IMG/VR virus record: IMGVR_UViG_3300002180_000002
DNA length: 64,000 nucleotides
Strand: one strand, 5' to 3'
Origin: a virus
A program made the translations under genes and the position numbers. Below are positions 55,342 to 62,482 of the stretch, piece by piece; position 1 is the first letter of the stretch; each line of letters begins with the position of its first letter. The notes beneath the pieces are model-generated. The model worked only from the letters and a program-made list of their open reading frames with translations. It did not search any database and was not told the origin of the DNA.

Positions 55342-55944
55342 ATGAAAAAAACAAGAATATCTAAAAAGAAATTACAATCGTTTATTGATTCAATCGCAAA
55401 TGTTGTTGATACAGATAAGGAAGGCTTGGAAGATGCACTACAATCTTATGTATCAAAAGTTGACGGGTCTTATTTAACATTTGTAGGATTAGAAGAAAAT
55501 TTAAAATTTCTATTAAGAAAAGGAATTACTGAACAGGTAACTAACTTGCTTGGTTTTAATCCAGTAGAACAAAAATGGTATGGCAGAAGTCATAGGGCTA
55601 TATTTGGTTTCGGAATTGGAAGCACTTGTAAAAAAGATAATAGTGGTTATAGACCTTCTAATAAGGAAGATTATATTGAATCATGTAGAGTATTTTATGG
55701 TGATTTAGATATGGAAAAAACAGGTAAAGATAAGGTTACAGCTACCGAAACAATTCAAGATGGTACAACAGGGGTTTCAGTTGCTTGGATTTATAAGAAA
55801 GATCATCCTAATGAAAAATTACGAGGAACAATAGGAACAGCATTTTCACCATATCCTAAAACTTGGGGTAAGGGTGAATGGACAGCAACCACTTTAGAGG
55901 AAGCTAAAGAAATGGCATTAGATTTTGCCGAAAGCGTATCATAA
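55342..55944 (+). CDS. hypothetical protein
   Basis: 200-aa ORF. Confidence 0.5.
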   Translation: MKKTRISKKKLQSFIDSIANVVDTDKEGLEDALQSYVSKVDGSYLTFVGLEENLKFLLRKGITEQVTNLLGFNPVEQKWYGRSHRAIFGFGIGSTCKKDNSGYRPSNKEDYIESCRVFYGDLDMEKTGKDKVTATETIQDGTTGVSVAWIYKKDHPNEKLRGTIGTAFSPYPKTWGKGEWTATTLEEAKEMALDFAESVS

Positions 55945-55967
55945 AAAATATTAATTAAAATAAAACA

Positions 55968-56345
55968 ATGAACAATTCATATTATTTATGCTCTCTTGGA
56001 GCAATGAACGCCTTAGATGTTGAAGGGAAATCTGCTCTCCTTCCTAGAATAGAGTCTCAAGTAGGTATTGTATATTCTAATATTTATACGATAAAAAGAA
56101 TATATAATGCTTTACCTGATGAAAAGAGAGCTTATTTTTGGGCGCAAGAAATCACTGATGGACACGTTAATATCGTTAATTTCTATAAAAACTTAAAAGA
56201 AGGTTTTGATTTTTTTAACTGGATAGAAAAAGAATTAGGTTATTTAAAGCCACAAAATCAAGCTGTAGTGATTAATAGAGTTTGTGAACAGCTCCTAATG
56301 AATCCAATAGACTTATTTAATAAATTGGCAGAAAACTTAAATTAG
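55968..56345 (+). CDS. hypothetical protein
   Basis: 125-aa ORF. Confidence 0.45.
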   Translation: MNNSYYLCSLGAMNALDVEGKSALLPRIESQVGIVYSNIYTIKRIYNALPDEKRAYFWAQEITDGHVNIVNFYKNLKEGFDFFNWIEKELGYLKPQNQAVVINRVCEQLLMNPIDLFNKLAENLN

Positions 56346-56420
56346 GTTGTATGTTTATTAAGTTTTAACTACTTTTGTTCCATCTACAAGATGCCCGTCA
56401 TTATCTTGTTTTCATCCAAT

Positions 56421-56457
56421 AATCCCTTTTTGTTTAACAATTAGGGATTTTTTTTGT
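56421..56457 (+). terminator. intrinsic terminator
   Basis: AATCCCT...AGGGATT followed by T8. A second hairpin ACAAGAT...ATCTTGT (56386-56409) precedes it. Confidence 0.6.
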
Positions 56458-56470
56458 ATATTTGGTTTGT

Positions 56471-56806
56471 ATGAAATCTTTAAGGTTCTTAGCAGTTGTA
56501 TTGGTATTCTTTATTACTGCAATGAGTTGGTCTGCAAATCCAACCATTACCGACAAATCGACCACTGTAGATAACACTTTTATTAGTGTTTCTTTAGAAG
56601 TTGCAGATTTTAGTACAGTCTTAGTTGACGTAATCAATTTCAAATCTACCGAAAACAAACAGGTAAAAAAGTCAGTAGCGAGTTATCAATACTTTCTTGA
56701 TCCTTATGTTCCTTATGGTGGAATCTTGATTGAGATTAAAGAACAAAGCTTTACTAAAATAAAAAGGTTTCCTAATGCCCGTGATGCGTTGACATACTTC
56801 GTCTGA
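56471..56806 (+). CDS. secreted hypothetical protein
   Basis: Signal peptide MKSLRFLAVVLVFFITAMSWSA. The ATG at 56471 is preferred over the TTG at 56462. Confidence 0.45.
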   Translation: MKSLRFLAVVLVFFITAMSWSANPTITDKSTTVDNTFISVSLEVADFSTVLVDVINFKSTENKQVKKSVASYQYFLDPYVPYGGILIEIKEQSFTKIKRFPNARDALTYFV

Positions 56807-56834
56807 ATGAGGTCAGGAAACTAAAAATATTAAA

Positions 56835-56858
56835 AGAGGGCGATCGCCCTCTTTTTTT
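56835..56858 (+). terminator. intrinsic terminator
   Basis: AGAGGGCG-AT-CGCCCTCT followed by T7. Confidence 0.75.
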
Positions 56859-56913
56859 ATTATCTTTGGTTTGTCGAGCGTGAAACCTGACATAATCCAT
56901 AAACTTTTTATAT

Positions 56914-57174
56914 ATGCGTACTATTAAAGCGAAATTCCGTTGTGATACGGTAATTCCTGCAACAGAGCATTATGATAGTGTGGCGTACCTTAGTGCTGTT
57001 TTCGCAAACGACGATGGTACTGAAAATGAAGAAAATAAATCTTTCTCAAAAGCTACACCGTCAGGACAGTTAACAATATCTATATCAAAAGATGCACCTG
57101 CTCATAAATTTTTTAAAGCAGGAAGACATTATTATTTAGATTTTACTAAAATACCTCTTGAGAAGCAAGAATAA
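56914..57174 (+). CDS. hypothetical protein
   Basis: 86-aa ORF, the last rightward gene before the convergent block. Confidence 0.45.
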   Translation: MRTIKAKFRCDTVIPATEHYDSVAYLSAVFANDDGTENEENKSFSKATPSGQLTISISKDAPAHKFFKAGRHYYLDFTKIPLEKQE

Positions 57175-57254
57175 TTTAGTATCTTGTGGATGCGAATTAT
57201 TAATTCCCACAAAAGAAAACTCTTTTTTGAGCTTTTAGTTGCCATAACTAGAAA

Positions 57255-57295
57255 GAAACTCCTGATTGTCATGATTCAGGAGTTTCGTCTTTTTT
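57255..57295 (+). terminator. hairpin terminator at the convergence point
   Basis: GAAACTCCTGA...TCAGGAGTTTC (11 bp) followed by GTCTTTTTT. It overlaps the 3' end of the leftward gene. Confidence 0.55.
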
Positions 57296-57694
57296 AGAGG
57301 TAGGGTTATAAACCTTCACTATGTAGAGCGGGTTCAATATGAAGTAAAATTTAAAAGGAGTCTCAAGAAGTAATTTAAGATCAGTGAATTTTTTTTTAGT
57401 TTTATAAAAAGCGCTTTCACCACATATATCCGCATAATCATTATACCGAAAATACAACCCACCGCTTTCAACAGGATTATGTGAGCCTTTAATGTTTGTT
57501 AGCATACGTTCCCATACACGGTAATCGTTTAATGTGAATTCCCTTTGTTTTATATCGGTAAGTAAAATAGAGTGCTTAAAATATCCTCGTAGGCTTTTAT
57601 AATACGAAAATGATATACCACTAATTGTTGAGGTTTTTTTTATATTATAGTAGAAGTCCTCTACCCAATTAATAAGTTTTTCGTTATCGGTCAT
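57269..57694 (-). CDS. hypothetical protein
   Basis: 141-aa ORF, the last gene of the leftward block. Confidence 0.5.
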   Translation of the reverse strand: MTDNEKLINWVEDFYYNIKKTSTISGISFSYYKSLRGYFKHSILLTDIKQREFTLNDYRVWERMLTNIKGSHNPVESGGLYFRYNDYADICGESAFYKTKKKFTDLKLLLETPFKFYFILNPLYIVKVYNPTSKKDETPES

Positions 57695-57893
57695 TGATAG
57701 TAACGGAATAATCTTTCAAAATAATATCTAAACCATCTATAGAATTATCTGAAAGAATGTTTTTTAATCCAACATCGTTGAGGTACGCAGGAACAGTCCA
57801 TTGATTTACTGAATAATCGACATAACGTAATCGATAACGAACTTTACTATGTCCTTTTATAATCGCCAGTATTGTAGTTTCAAATCTTTCCAT
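57684..57893 (-). CDS. hypothetical protein
   Basis: The ATG at 57893 (MERFETT...) is preferred over the longer alternative-start track ORF. Confidence 0.4.
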   Translation of the reverse strand: MERFETTILAIIKGHSKVRYRLRYVDYSVNQWTVPAYLNDVGLKNILSDNSIDGLDIILKDYSVTINDR

Positions 57894-57991
57894 CCTAAAA
57901 AAATGCACCGCGAAACAGGATAACGTCAAGGTAATTTAAACCTATCTAATAAACTGTATGACGGTGCATACCATTATTTCTATCTTACTAG

Positions 57992-58063
57992 AAGCGAGAA
58001 AGGGAATCGAACCCTTGCATAGCGGTTTTGCAGACCGCCGTGTTTCCACTTCACCATTTCGCC
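57992..58063 (-). tRNA. tRNA-Cys (anticodon GCA)
   Basis: Reverse complement: GGCGAAA-TG-GTGAAGTGGAAACAC-G-GCGGT-CTGCAAA-ACCGC-TATGC-AAGGG-TTCGATT-CCCTT-TCTCGCT-T. It forms a cloverleaf with discriminator U73. The acceptor stem has one A:C mismatch and one G:U pair. Confidence 0.7.
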
Positions 58064-58393
58064 TTATTTATAATAACCATACTTTATTTTATCACCTATT
58101 ATAATTTGAGATTTACTTTTTAAAGGTCTATATTTTGTAGAAAAAATAGTTTCTTCACCATCACAAATATCCGATAATAGTTCATGGAATTTATCAATTT
58201 GTTGTTGATCGCCATGAACAGTAAATTCTTTCGGGTTATTTTGTATCTGTGCAAAAAGACCATCAGTTCCTTCAAAAGGTGCTTCTTCAACAACTATAGG
58301 TTGAGGTTCGGATTTAGCAGAAAGCAATATTGGAGCAACTGCGACCACGCCGACAGACAACCCTAGTCTTTTTATAAATTTTCTCCTATTCAT
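58064..58393 (-). CDS. small exported protein with twin-arginine signal
   Basis: MNRRKFIKRLGLSVGVVAVAPILLSAKS carries the RRxF(I/L)K Tat motif plus an h-region. Its stop abuts the tRNA-Cys. Confidence 0.55.
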   Translation of the reverse strand: MNRRKFIKRLGLSVGVVAVAPILLSAKSEPQPIVVEEAPFEGTDGLFAQIQNNPKEFTVHGDQQQIDKFHELLSDICDGEETIFSTKYRPLKSKSQIIIGDKIKYGYYK

Positions 58394-58453
58394 TACTAAA
58401 ATATTCTTTTAGTTCTTTTTCAATTTCATCTGTCAAATTAAATACATTACCCA

Positions 58454-58711
58454 TCATTCCTGTAGAGTATAGTAAACAAATCCATCACGTTTATACCAAT
58501 CACTACGTCTACGTACAGTATTATTAAATACCTCTAAACAGCCAGTTAAATACTGCGCCAATATAAAATCAGGAGTATCACTACCGTTCTCTTGAGAGTG
58601 CTTATTCAACAACCCTTCCAACTCCTTTTCAAATATTGAAACTCCTTCAACATCAGGAAACCTTTTCATTTTTAATTTCCAATCCAATTCATTTTCTGCT
58701 TTTTCTGCCAT
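58454..58711 (-). CDS. hypothetical protein
   Basis: 85-aa ORF. Confidence 0.45.
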   Translation of the reverse strand: MAEKAENELDWKLKMKRFPDVEGVSIFEKELEGLLNKHSQENGSDTPDFILAQYLTGCLEVFNNTVRRRSDWYKRDGFVYYTLQE

Positions 58712-58713
58712 AT

Positions 58714-58866
58714 CTATATATATTCAGTATTACAATTCACACAACTATAAATTGGCATATCGCCAAAAGCATCATGACAATTATCATTCACCATCGGAGC
58801 ATCGCAACACGTACTTCTCAACACGAACAACTCCAAAAAAGAATCGAACGCACGGATCATAAACAT
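58714..58866 (-). CDS. small Cys-rich hypothetical protein (50 aa)
   Basis: Read by hand: MFMIRAFDSFLELFVLRSTCCDAPMVNDNCHDAFGDMPIYSCVNCNTEYI. It fills the gap between neighbouring genes. Confidence 0.3.
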   Translation of the reverse strand: MFMIRAFDSFLELFVLRSTCCDAPMVNDNCHDAFGDMPIYSCVNCNTEYI

Positions 58867-58886
58867 TTCAATACTCAAGCACATAA

Positions 58887-59159
58887 TTATCTTCCTGATA
58901 TTAATACCTCACCATGTAATCCACTTGTATTAATATGTATTTCAGTAAAATCTAAAATATCCTCATGAACCCTAACATTTGATTTTGTTAGATTTTCAAA
59001 AAAACGAGTTATCTTTTCCTTAAACATTTCAGCACTCTCTAATTTTTCCTCTAGTTCATTATACGTTTCCACACTTAAAACTACTTCCTTAACAGGTATT
59101 TTAAACTCCTTAGCCATTCTTTCTGTTTTAAAAACCCTCCCGCCGTTTCTAACCATCAC
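58887..59159 (-). CDS. hypothetical protein (first leftward gene)
   Basis: 90-aa ORF. Confidence 0.45.
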   Translation of the reverse strand: MMVRNGGRVFKTERMAKEFKIPVKEVVLSVETYNELEEKLESAEMFKEKITRFFENLTKSNVRVHEDILDFTEIHINTSGLHGEVLISGR

Positions 59160-59253
59160 TAGGTCTGTAACAACCTCAACAGGAGGGTAAAATTAATTAT
59201 TAACATAAAAACTTAAACACTTTATGAAAAAAGTATTACCATTCATTGTAGCC

Positions 59254-59261
59254 CAAAGGTA
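59254..59261 (-). promoter_or_regulatory. candidate leftward -7 promoter element (TAccTTTG on the minus strand)
   Basis: The plus strand reads CAAAGGTA, about 95 nt upstream of the minus-strand ATG at 59159. Confidence 0.3.
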
Positions 59262-59264
59262 CAC

Positions 59265-59328
59265 AAAAAACTGCACACAGGAATAGTATTTGCCACTTTT
59301 TTACGAAAAAACTCCACATAGGAATAGT
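59265..59328. repeat. two 23-bp direct repeats, 41 bp apart
   Basis: AAAAAACTGCACACAGGAATAGT (59265-59287) and AAAAAACTCCACATAGGAATAGT (59306-59328), 21/23 identical. Confidence 0.7.
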
Positions 59329-59452
59329 CTTTTTTTGACGCAACAAGCTGACACACAACTATATAACCCCTAAAACACACAAATCTATATTATAGTTATA
59401 TATATAATTACAACACAAGCACACAAAACACGTCTCCGTAACAACCCCGTAG

Positions 59453-59466
59453 CCGTTTACAAACGG
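59453..59466. repeat. CCGTTT-AC-AAACGG palindrome
   Basis: 6-bp arms. A near-identical copy lies at 60117-60130. Confidence 0.6.
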
Positions 59467-60101
59467 ATAATTCCCGCAACGATTCGTTGAGGTTCACGAT
59501 CACACAACACCAAAAAAAAAGCCAAGCTACTGCGCAGGCGACTACAACCATATTTTGCACACCTGTCTACGCCACGGCTTAGCAGTGGGTGTGGCGCGTG
59601 TTTGTCGCGAGGGGAAACCGTTTGGTTTACCCCCTCCCCTTGTATTTTCGCGGGCGTGCCTTCAAAACTTTTCGCTTTTTGTGTACGCTGTTTTTGGGCG
59701 TGCGGTTGACAAGCTATTCTGTAGATAGTGTTGAGGTTGCGCTCCGTTGAGGTGAATCAGTTTGACGTGTCAGGGGAAACGCTATTTTGCGCGCTTCTGC
59801 TGTGCGTACTCTTTTGCGTGGCGTGTGTACCTCAACGCGAGGGAATTCGTGTGAATGGTGCGCTCCTGCTTGTTGTGGTTGCGTTATTCGGGAGCGAGTG
59901 TACCATTGTGCGCGCTGTTGCGCTCTCCTGCTGTGATTCTGTGCGGAAAGTGTACACTTACACTTGTGTACGTGCGTGCGCTAAGAGCGGGAGCGGTTAA
60001 GCTGTTTGCGTGTTGGTGTTGCTTTGTTGTTGCGGTTGGTAGTGTGGATGGGTTGCGGGTGTAGATTGTGTTATATGTACGCGCGCGCGGGATTTGTTGC
60101 G

Positions 60102-60130
60102 TACAAACGTTTGTAGTCGTTTACAAACGG
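60102..60130. repeat. adjacent palindromes TACAAACGTTTGTA and TCGTTTACAAACGG
   Basis: Perfect 14-bp palindrome (60102-60115) followed by a copy of the 59453-59466 site. Confidence 0.6.
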
Positions 60131-60255
60131 CTAGCGGTGGTGTGATGGTGTTTTATGGTGTAGATTTATTGCATTGTGCTTATGTCGTGAGTGTGAGTGT
60201 TTTCGGGGTGTTGTGTGTTGGTGTTGAAAATAAATGTATTTTTCTTTCTTAATTG

Positions 60256-60286
60256 TTTGGTATATTCAGAAAGATATGTATATTTG
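60256..60286 (+). promoter_or_regulatory. rightward early promoter (TTTG - 19 nt - TAtaTTTG)
   Basis: Both the -33 and -7 Bacteroidetes consensus elements are present with canonical spacing, 24 nt upstream of the ATG at 60311. Confidence 0.55.
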
Positions 60287-60310
60287 TAGTGGATTTAAAC
60301 AATATATATT

Positions 60311-60592
60311 ATGACATTTACAAACAAACTTAGATTATTATTTTTAGTAGTGATTCTTTTCGGCTTCACTTATTCAGCAACGGCGCAAGAACCTGCGTAC
60401 AAAATTGTAGGCAGTGAGATAGTTAAGACCTCAACGGAGCGCGTGAAGGTTGCGCCAGTGAAGACAGAATACACTCATACGATTAAGGGTGTAGTTTATC
60501 CAGTGTACAAAGGTGCGAAGGGTGGCTACTTCATTAAGCGCGTGAGCAAGAAGACGGGCAAGGAATACAAGCAGTATTTAAAACTCGACTAA
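60311..60592 (+). CDS. secreted basic hypothetical protein
   Basis: Signal peptide MTFTNKLRLLFLVVILFGFTYSATAQ. Confidence 0.5.
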   Translation: MTFTNKLRLLFLVVILFGFTYSATAQEPAYKIVGSEIVKTSTERVKVAPVKTEYTHTIKGVVYPVYKGAKGGYFIKRVSKKTGKEYKQYLKLD

Positions 60593-60594
60593 GC

Positions 60595-60654
60595 GAGGTT
60601 AAACAGGCATTAGGCTTAGAGCGTCCGCACTACTTTGGTGCGGGGTTGTAACAA
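60595..60654 (+). promoter_or_regulatory. intergenic repeated hairpin element, copy 1
   Basis: TTAAACAGGCATTAGGC...AGCGT-CCGCAC-TACTTTG-GTGCGG-GGTTGTAACAA, ending 17 nt before the next ATG. Confidence 0.55.
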
Positions 60655-60671
60655 TCTTAAAATTAATTATC

Positions 60672-60782
60672 ATGACTTCATTATTACCTTTATTAACTAT
60701 CGTTTTTATTATTGCTGTTGTTTCATTGGCTGTTAAATATGGTTTCACAAACGGAGCGCGAAGTTCAACCCTTAAACATTAA
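60672..60782 (+). CDS. small hydrophobic peptide (36 aa)
   Basis: MTSLLPLLTIVFIIAVVSLAVKYGF... has a single TM segment. Read by hand. Confidence 0.35.
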   Translation: MTSLLPLLTIVFIIAVVSLAVKYGFTNGARSSTLKH

Positions 60783-60865
60783 TTAACTCCCTACTTGCTT
60801 GCGTGCTGTAGTACGATGCTACCTTTCAAAAGGGCGCAAGCAACTAATAACAAAAAATATTTATC

Positions 60866-61162
60866 ATGAAAGTAAACGCTATAACAAAATATATCTTTAA
60901 AGGTAAAGAGTATAATTCCTTACAAGAGATAAAAGAAGAAATACATAATACTATTGGTTTAGAAGTATTGGATAAAGTTTCTAAAACTTGCCCACTTGAA
61001 AAACACAAAGACTATTTTAAATTATTAGAATTATTGTGTAGTAAAGAAGTCAGAGAAATTTTAACAGAATGTTTTAACGTAAATTTTGACGAACCTATTA
61101 CAGATTATGACGATAATTGTTTCAATGAAAACACTAAAGAAATTAATGTTTTAGATATATAA
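60866..61162 (+). CDS. hypothetical protein
   Basis: 98-aa ORF preceded by a 9-bp-stem hairpin (60795-60803/60835-60843). Confidence 0.45.
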   Translation: MKVNAITKYIFKGKEYNSLQEIKEEIHNTIGLEVLDKVSKTCPLEKHKDYFKLLELLCSKEVREILTECFNVNFDEPITDYDDNCFNENTKEINVLDI

Positions 61163-61176
61163 GTCGGTCGGGCGAC

Positions 61177-61240
61177 ATTAAACAGGCATTAAGCCCGAAG
61201 CGTTGCGGACGATTTCTCCCTAGTCCGCAGGTTGTAACAA
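61177..61240 (+). promoter_or_regulatory. intergenic repeated hairpin element, copy 2
   Basis: ATTAAACAGGCATTAAGC...AGCGT-TGCGGAC-...-GTCCGCA-GGTTGTAACAA, ending 19 nt before the ATG at 61260. Confidence 0.55.
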
Positions 61241-61259
61241 CAAAATAAATAATAATATC

Positions 61260-61973
61260 ATGACAACAAAAACAAATTATTACAACAATCAATTAAAAGC
61301 AGTTAGTAAGAAAAGTAATTTCGCGCCTACTATTGTATTAAGCAACGAACATGGAAAAACTAATTACATGGATGTAAACGAAGAAAGCGCGCCTGTTTTT
61401 ATAGAATGGCTTTCACAATTTAAAGCACCACCAACAACACAAGAACTTGAAAGAGAATTAACCTCTAATACTGAAACTTGGGTTAATAAATCATTTAATT
61501 TTATTCAAAAAGACGTTTACGAAAAAACTTTAGAGTGTGGATTGTACGAGTATATAAGACAATCAGAGCAAGACAACGATTTTTATAGTGATTATTTTGA
61601 TAATTACGGACTGTGGGATGAATTTAAGCAGTATTTAAAAGATAATGAAGAAGAAGACAGCGAAGAAGTAAGAAAAACATTTTCAGAAGATGAAACAACC
61701 TCTTTCGATAGTTATGTAAACGACCAAGAGCAAGACAATTACCCGATGTGGAATACTTTATTTGAATTTAGAAGCGAACCTTCCGAAGAAATAATACAAT
61801 CTTGTATAGATGCAGGATTCGGAATTATAGAAGGAATGGACGACTTTAATACGACTCTTTTCGTTAGTGGTTGCGGGTATTCTTTTTACGCTCAACATTG
61901 GATGCCTCTTTGGTTAAGTCTTCCATATACTGACAACGAAAAATATAAAAACACAAGTTATTCACATCTTTAA
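61260..61973 (+). CDS. acidic hypothetical protein
   Basis: 237-aa ORF with D/E-rich middle and a conserved-looking C-terminus (PMWNTLFEF...GCGYSFYAQHWMPLW). Confidence 0.5.
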   Translation: MTTKTNYYNNQLKAVSKKSNFAPTIVLSNEHGKTNYMDVNEESAPVFIEWLSQFKAPPTTQELERELTSNTETWVNKSFNFIQKDVYEKTLECGLYEYIRQSEQDNDFYSDYFDNYGLWDEFKQYLKDNEEEDSEEVRKTFSEDETTSFDSYVNDQEQDNYPMWNTLFEFRSEPSEEIIQSCIDAGFGIIEGMDDFNTTLFVSGCGYSFYAQHWMPLWLSLPYTDNEKYKNTSYSHL

Positions 61974-61984
61974 AATATTTTATT

Positions 61985-62389
61985 ATGACATTACAAATAA
62001 CAGATATTTCAGGAACAGGAGCGAAAGCAAAAAATCACGTAGAAGGCACTAAAAATACTTTGTATTCATACAACACCAAAGTAGCAGAATACGACACTAA
62101 AACAAACGAAATGCAAGTTTTCGGCTATCATTCAGTCACAACTGGAAGACATATAAACGCCTTCTTTAAATTGTTTGGACTACCAACACAAACCAAAAGC
62201 GAGTTAATTAAGAATTTCAATTTAGAAAGAACCGCCGAGCTAATTATTTCAATAGACATTAAAACTTCAAAAAGTATTAAGGATATATCTAAAGCATTAA
62301 AAAGGGGTATTTACAGAGGTTTAGATACGGAAGGCAGTTATATAGCACAACCAAAAGACGTTAAAATAAATTACTGCCAAGAACGATAA
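61985..62389 (+). CDS. hypothetical protein
   Basis: 134-aa ORF. Confidence 0.45.
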   Translation: MTLQITDISGTGAKAKNHVEGTKNTLYSYNTKVAEYDTKTNEMQVFGYHSVTTGRHINAFFKLFGLPTQTKSELIKNFNLERTAELIISIDIKTSKSIKDISKALKRGIYRGLDTEGSYIAQPKDVKINYCQER

Positions 62390-62410
62390 TTGAAAGAGGT
62401 TGCGACCTCT

Positions 62411-62470
62411 TAAAAAAGGTTATTAAGTCGCAAGCGTTCCCGCTCATATTGGGCGGGAGGTTAACAACAA
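62411..62470 (+). promoter_or_regulatory. intergenic repeated hairpin element, copy 3 (diverged)
   Basis: AAAAAGGTTATTAAGTC...AGCGT-TCCCGC-...-GCGGGA-GGTTAACAACAA, ending 12 nt before the ATG at 62483. Confidence 0.5.
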
Positions 62471-62482
62471 ATCAACAAGATT

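Larger units (their letters stand above)
59262..60255. other. gene-free GC-rich core between divergent early promoters (candidate origin / packaging-terminal region / ncRNA)
   Basis: No credible ORF. Visibly higher G+C than elsewhere in the window. The strand-composition switch lies near 59560-59580. Imperfect inverted arms and clustered short motifs are present. Confidence 0.5.

Noticed and set aside
59728-60064. Two overlapping track ORFs (90 and 69 aa) in the GC-rich core
   Set aside because: The region is A-poor, so stop codons are rare by chance. The products are Cys/Val/Leu/Ala low-complexity, the starts are non-ATG, and there is no upstream promoter or translation context.
60595-62470. 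Possibility that the repeated hairpin elements form a CRISPR array or solitary CRISPR repeats
   Set aside because: The copies are 580-1230 bp apart and separated by genes. They are imperfect, with covarying stems rather than identical repeats, and no cas genes are present.
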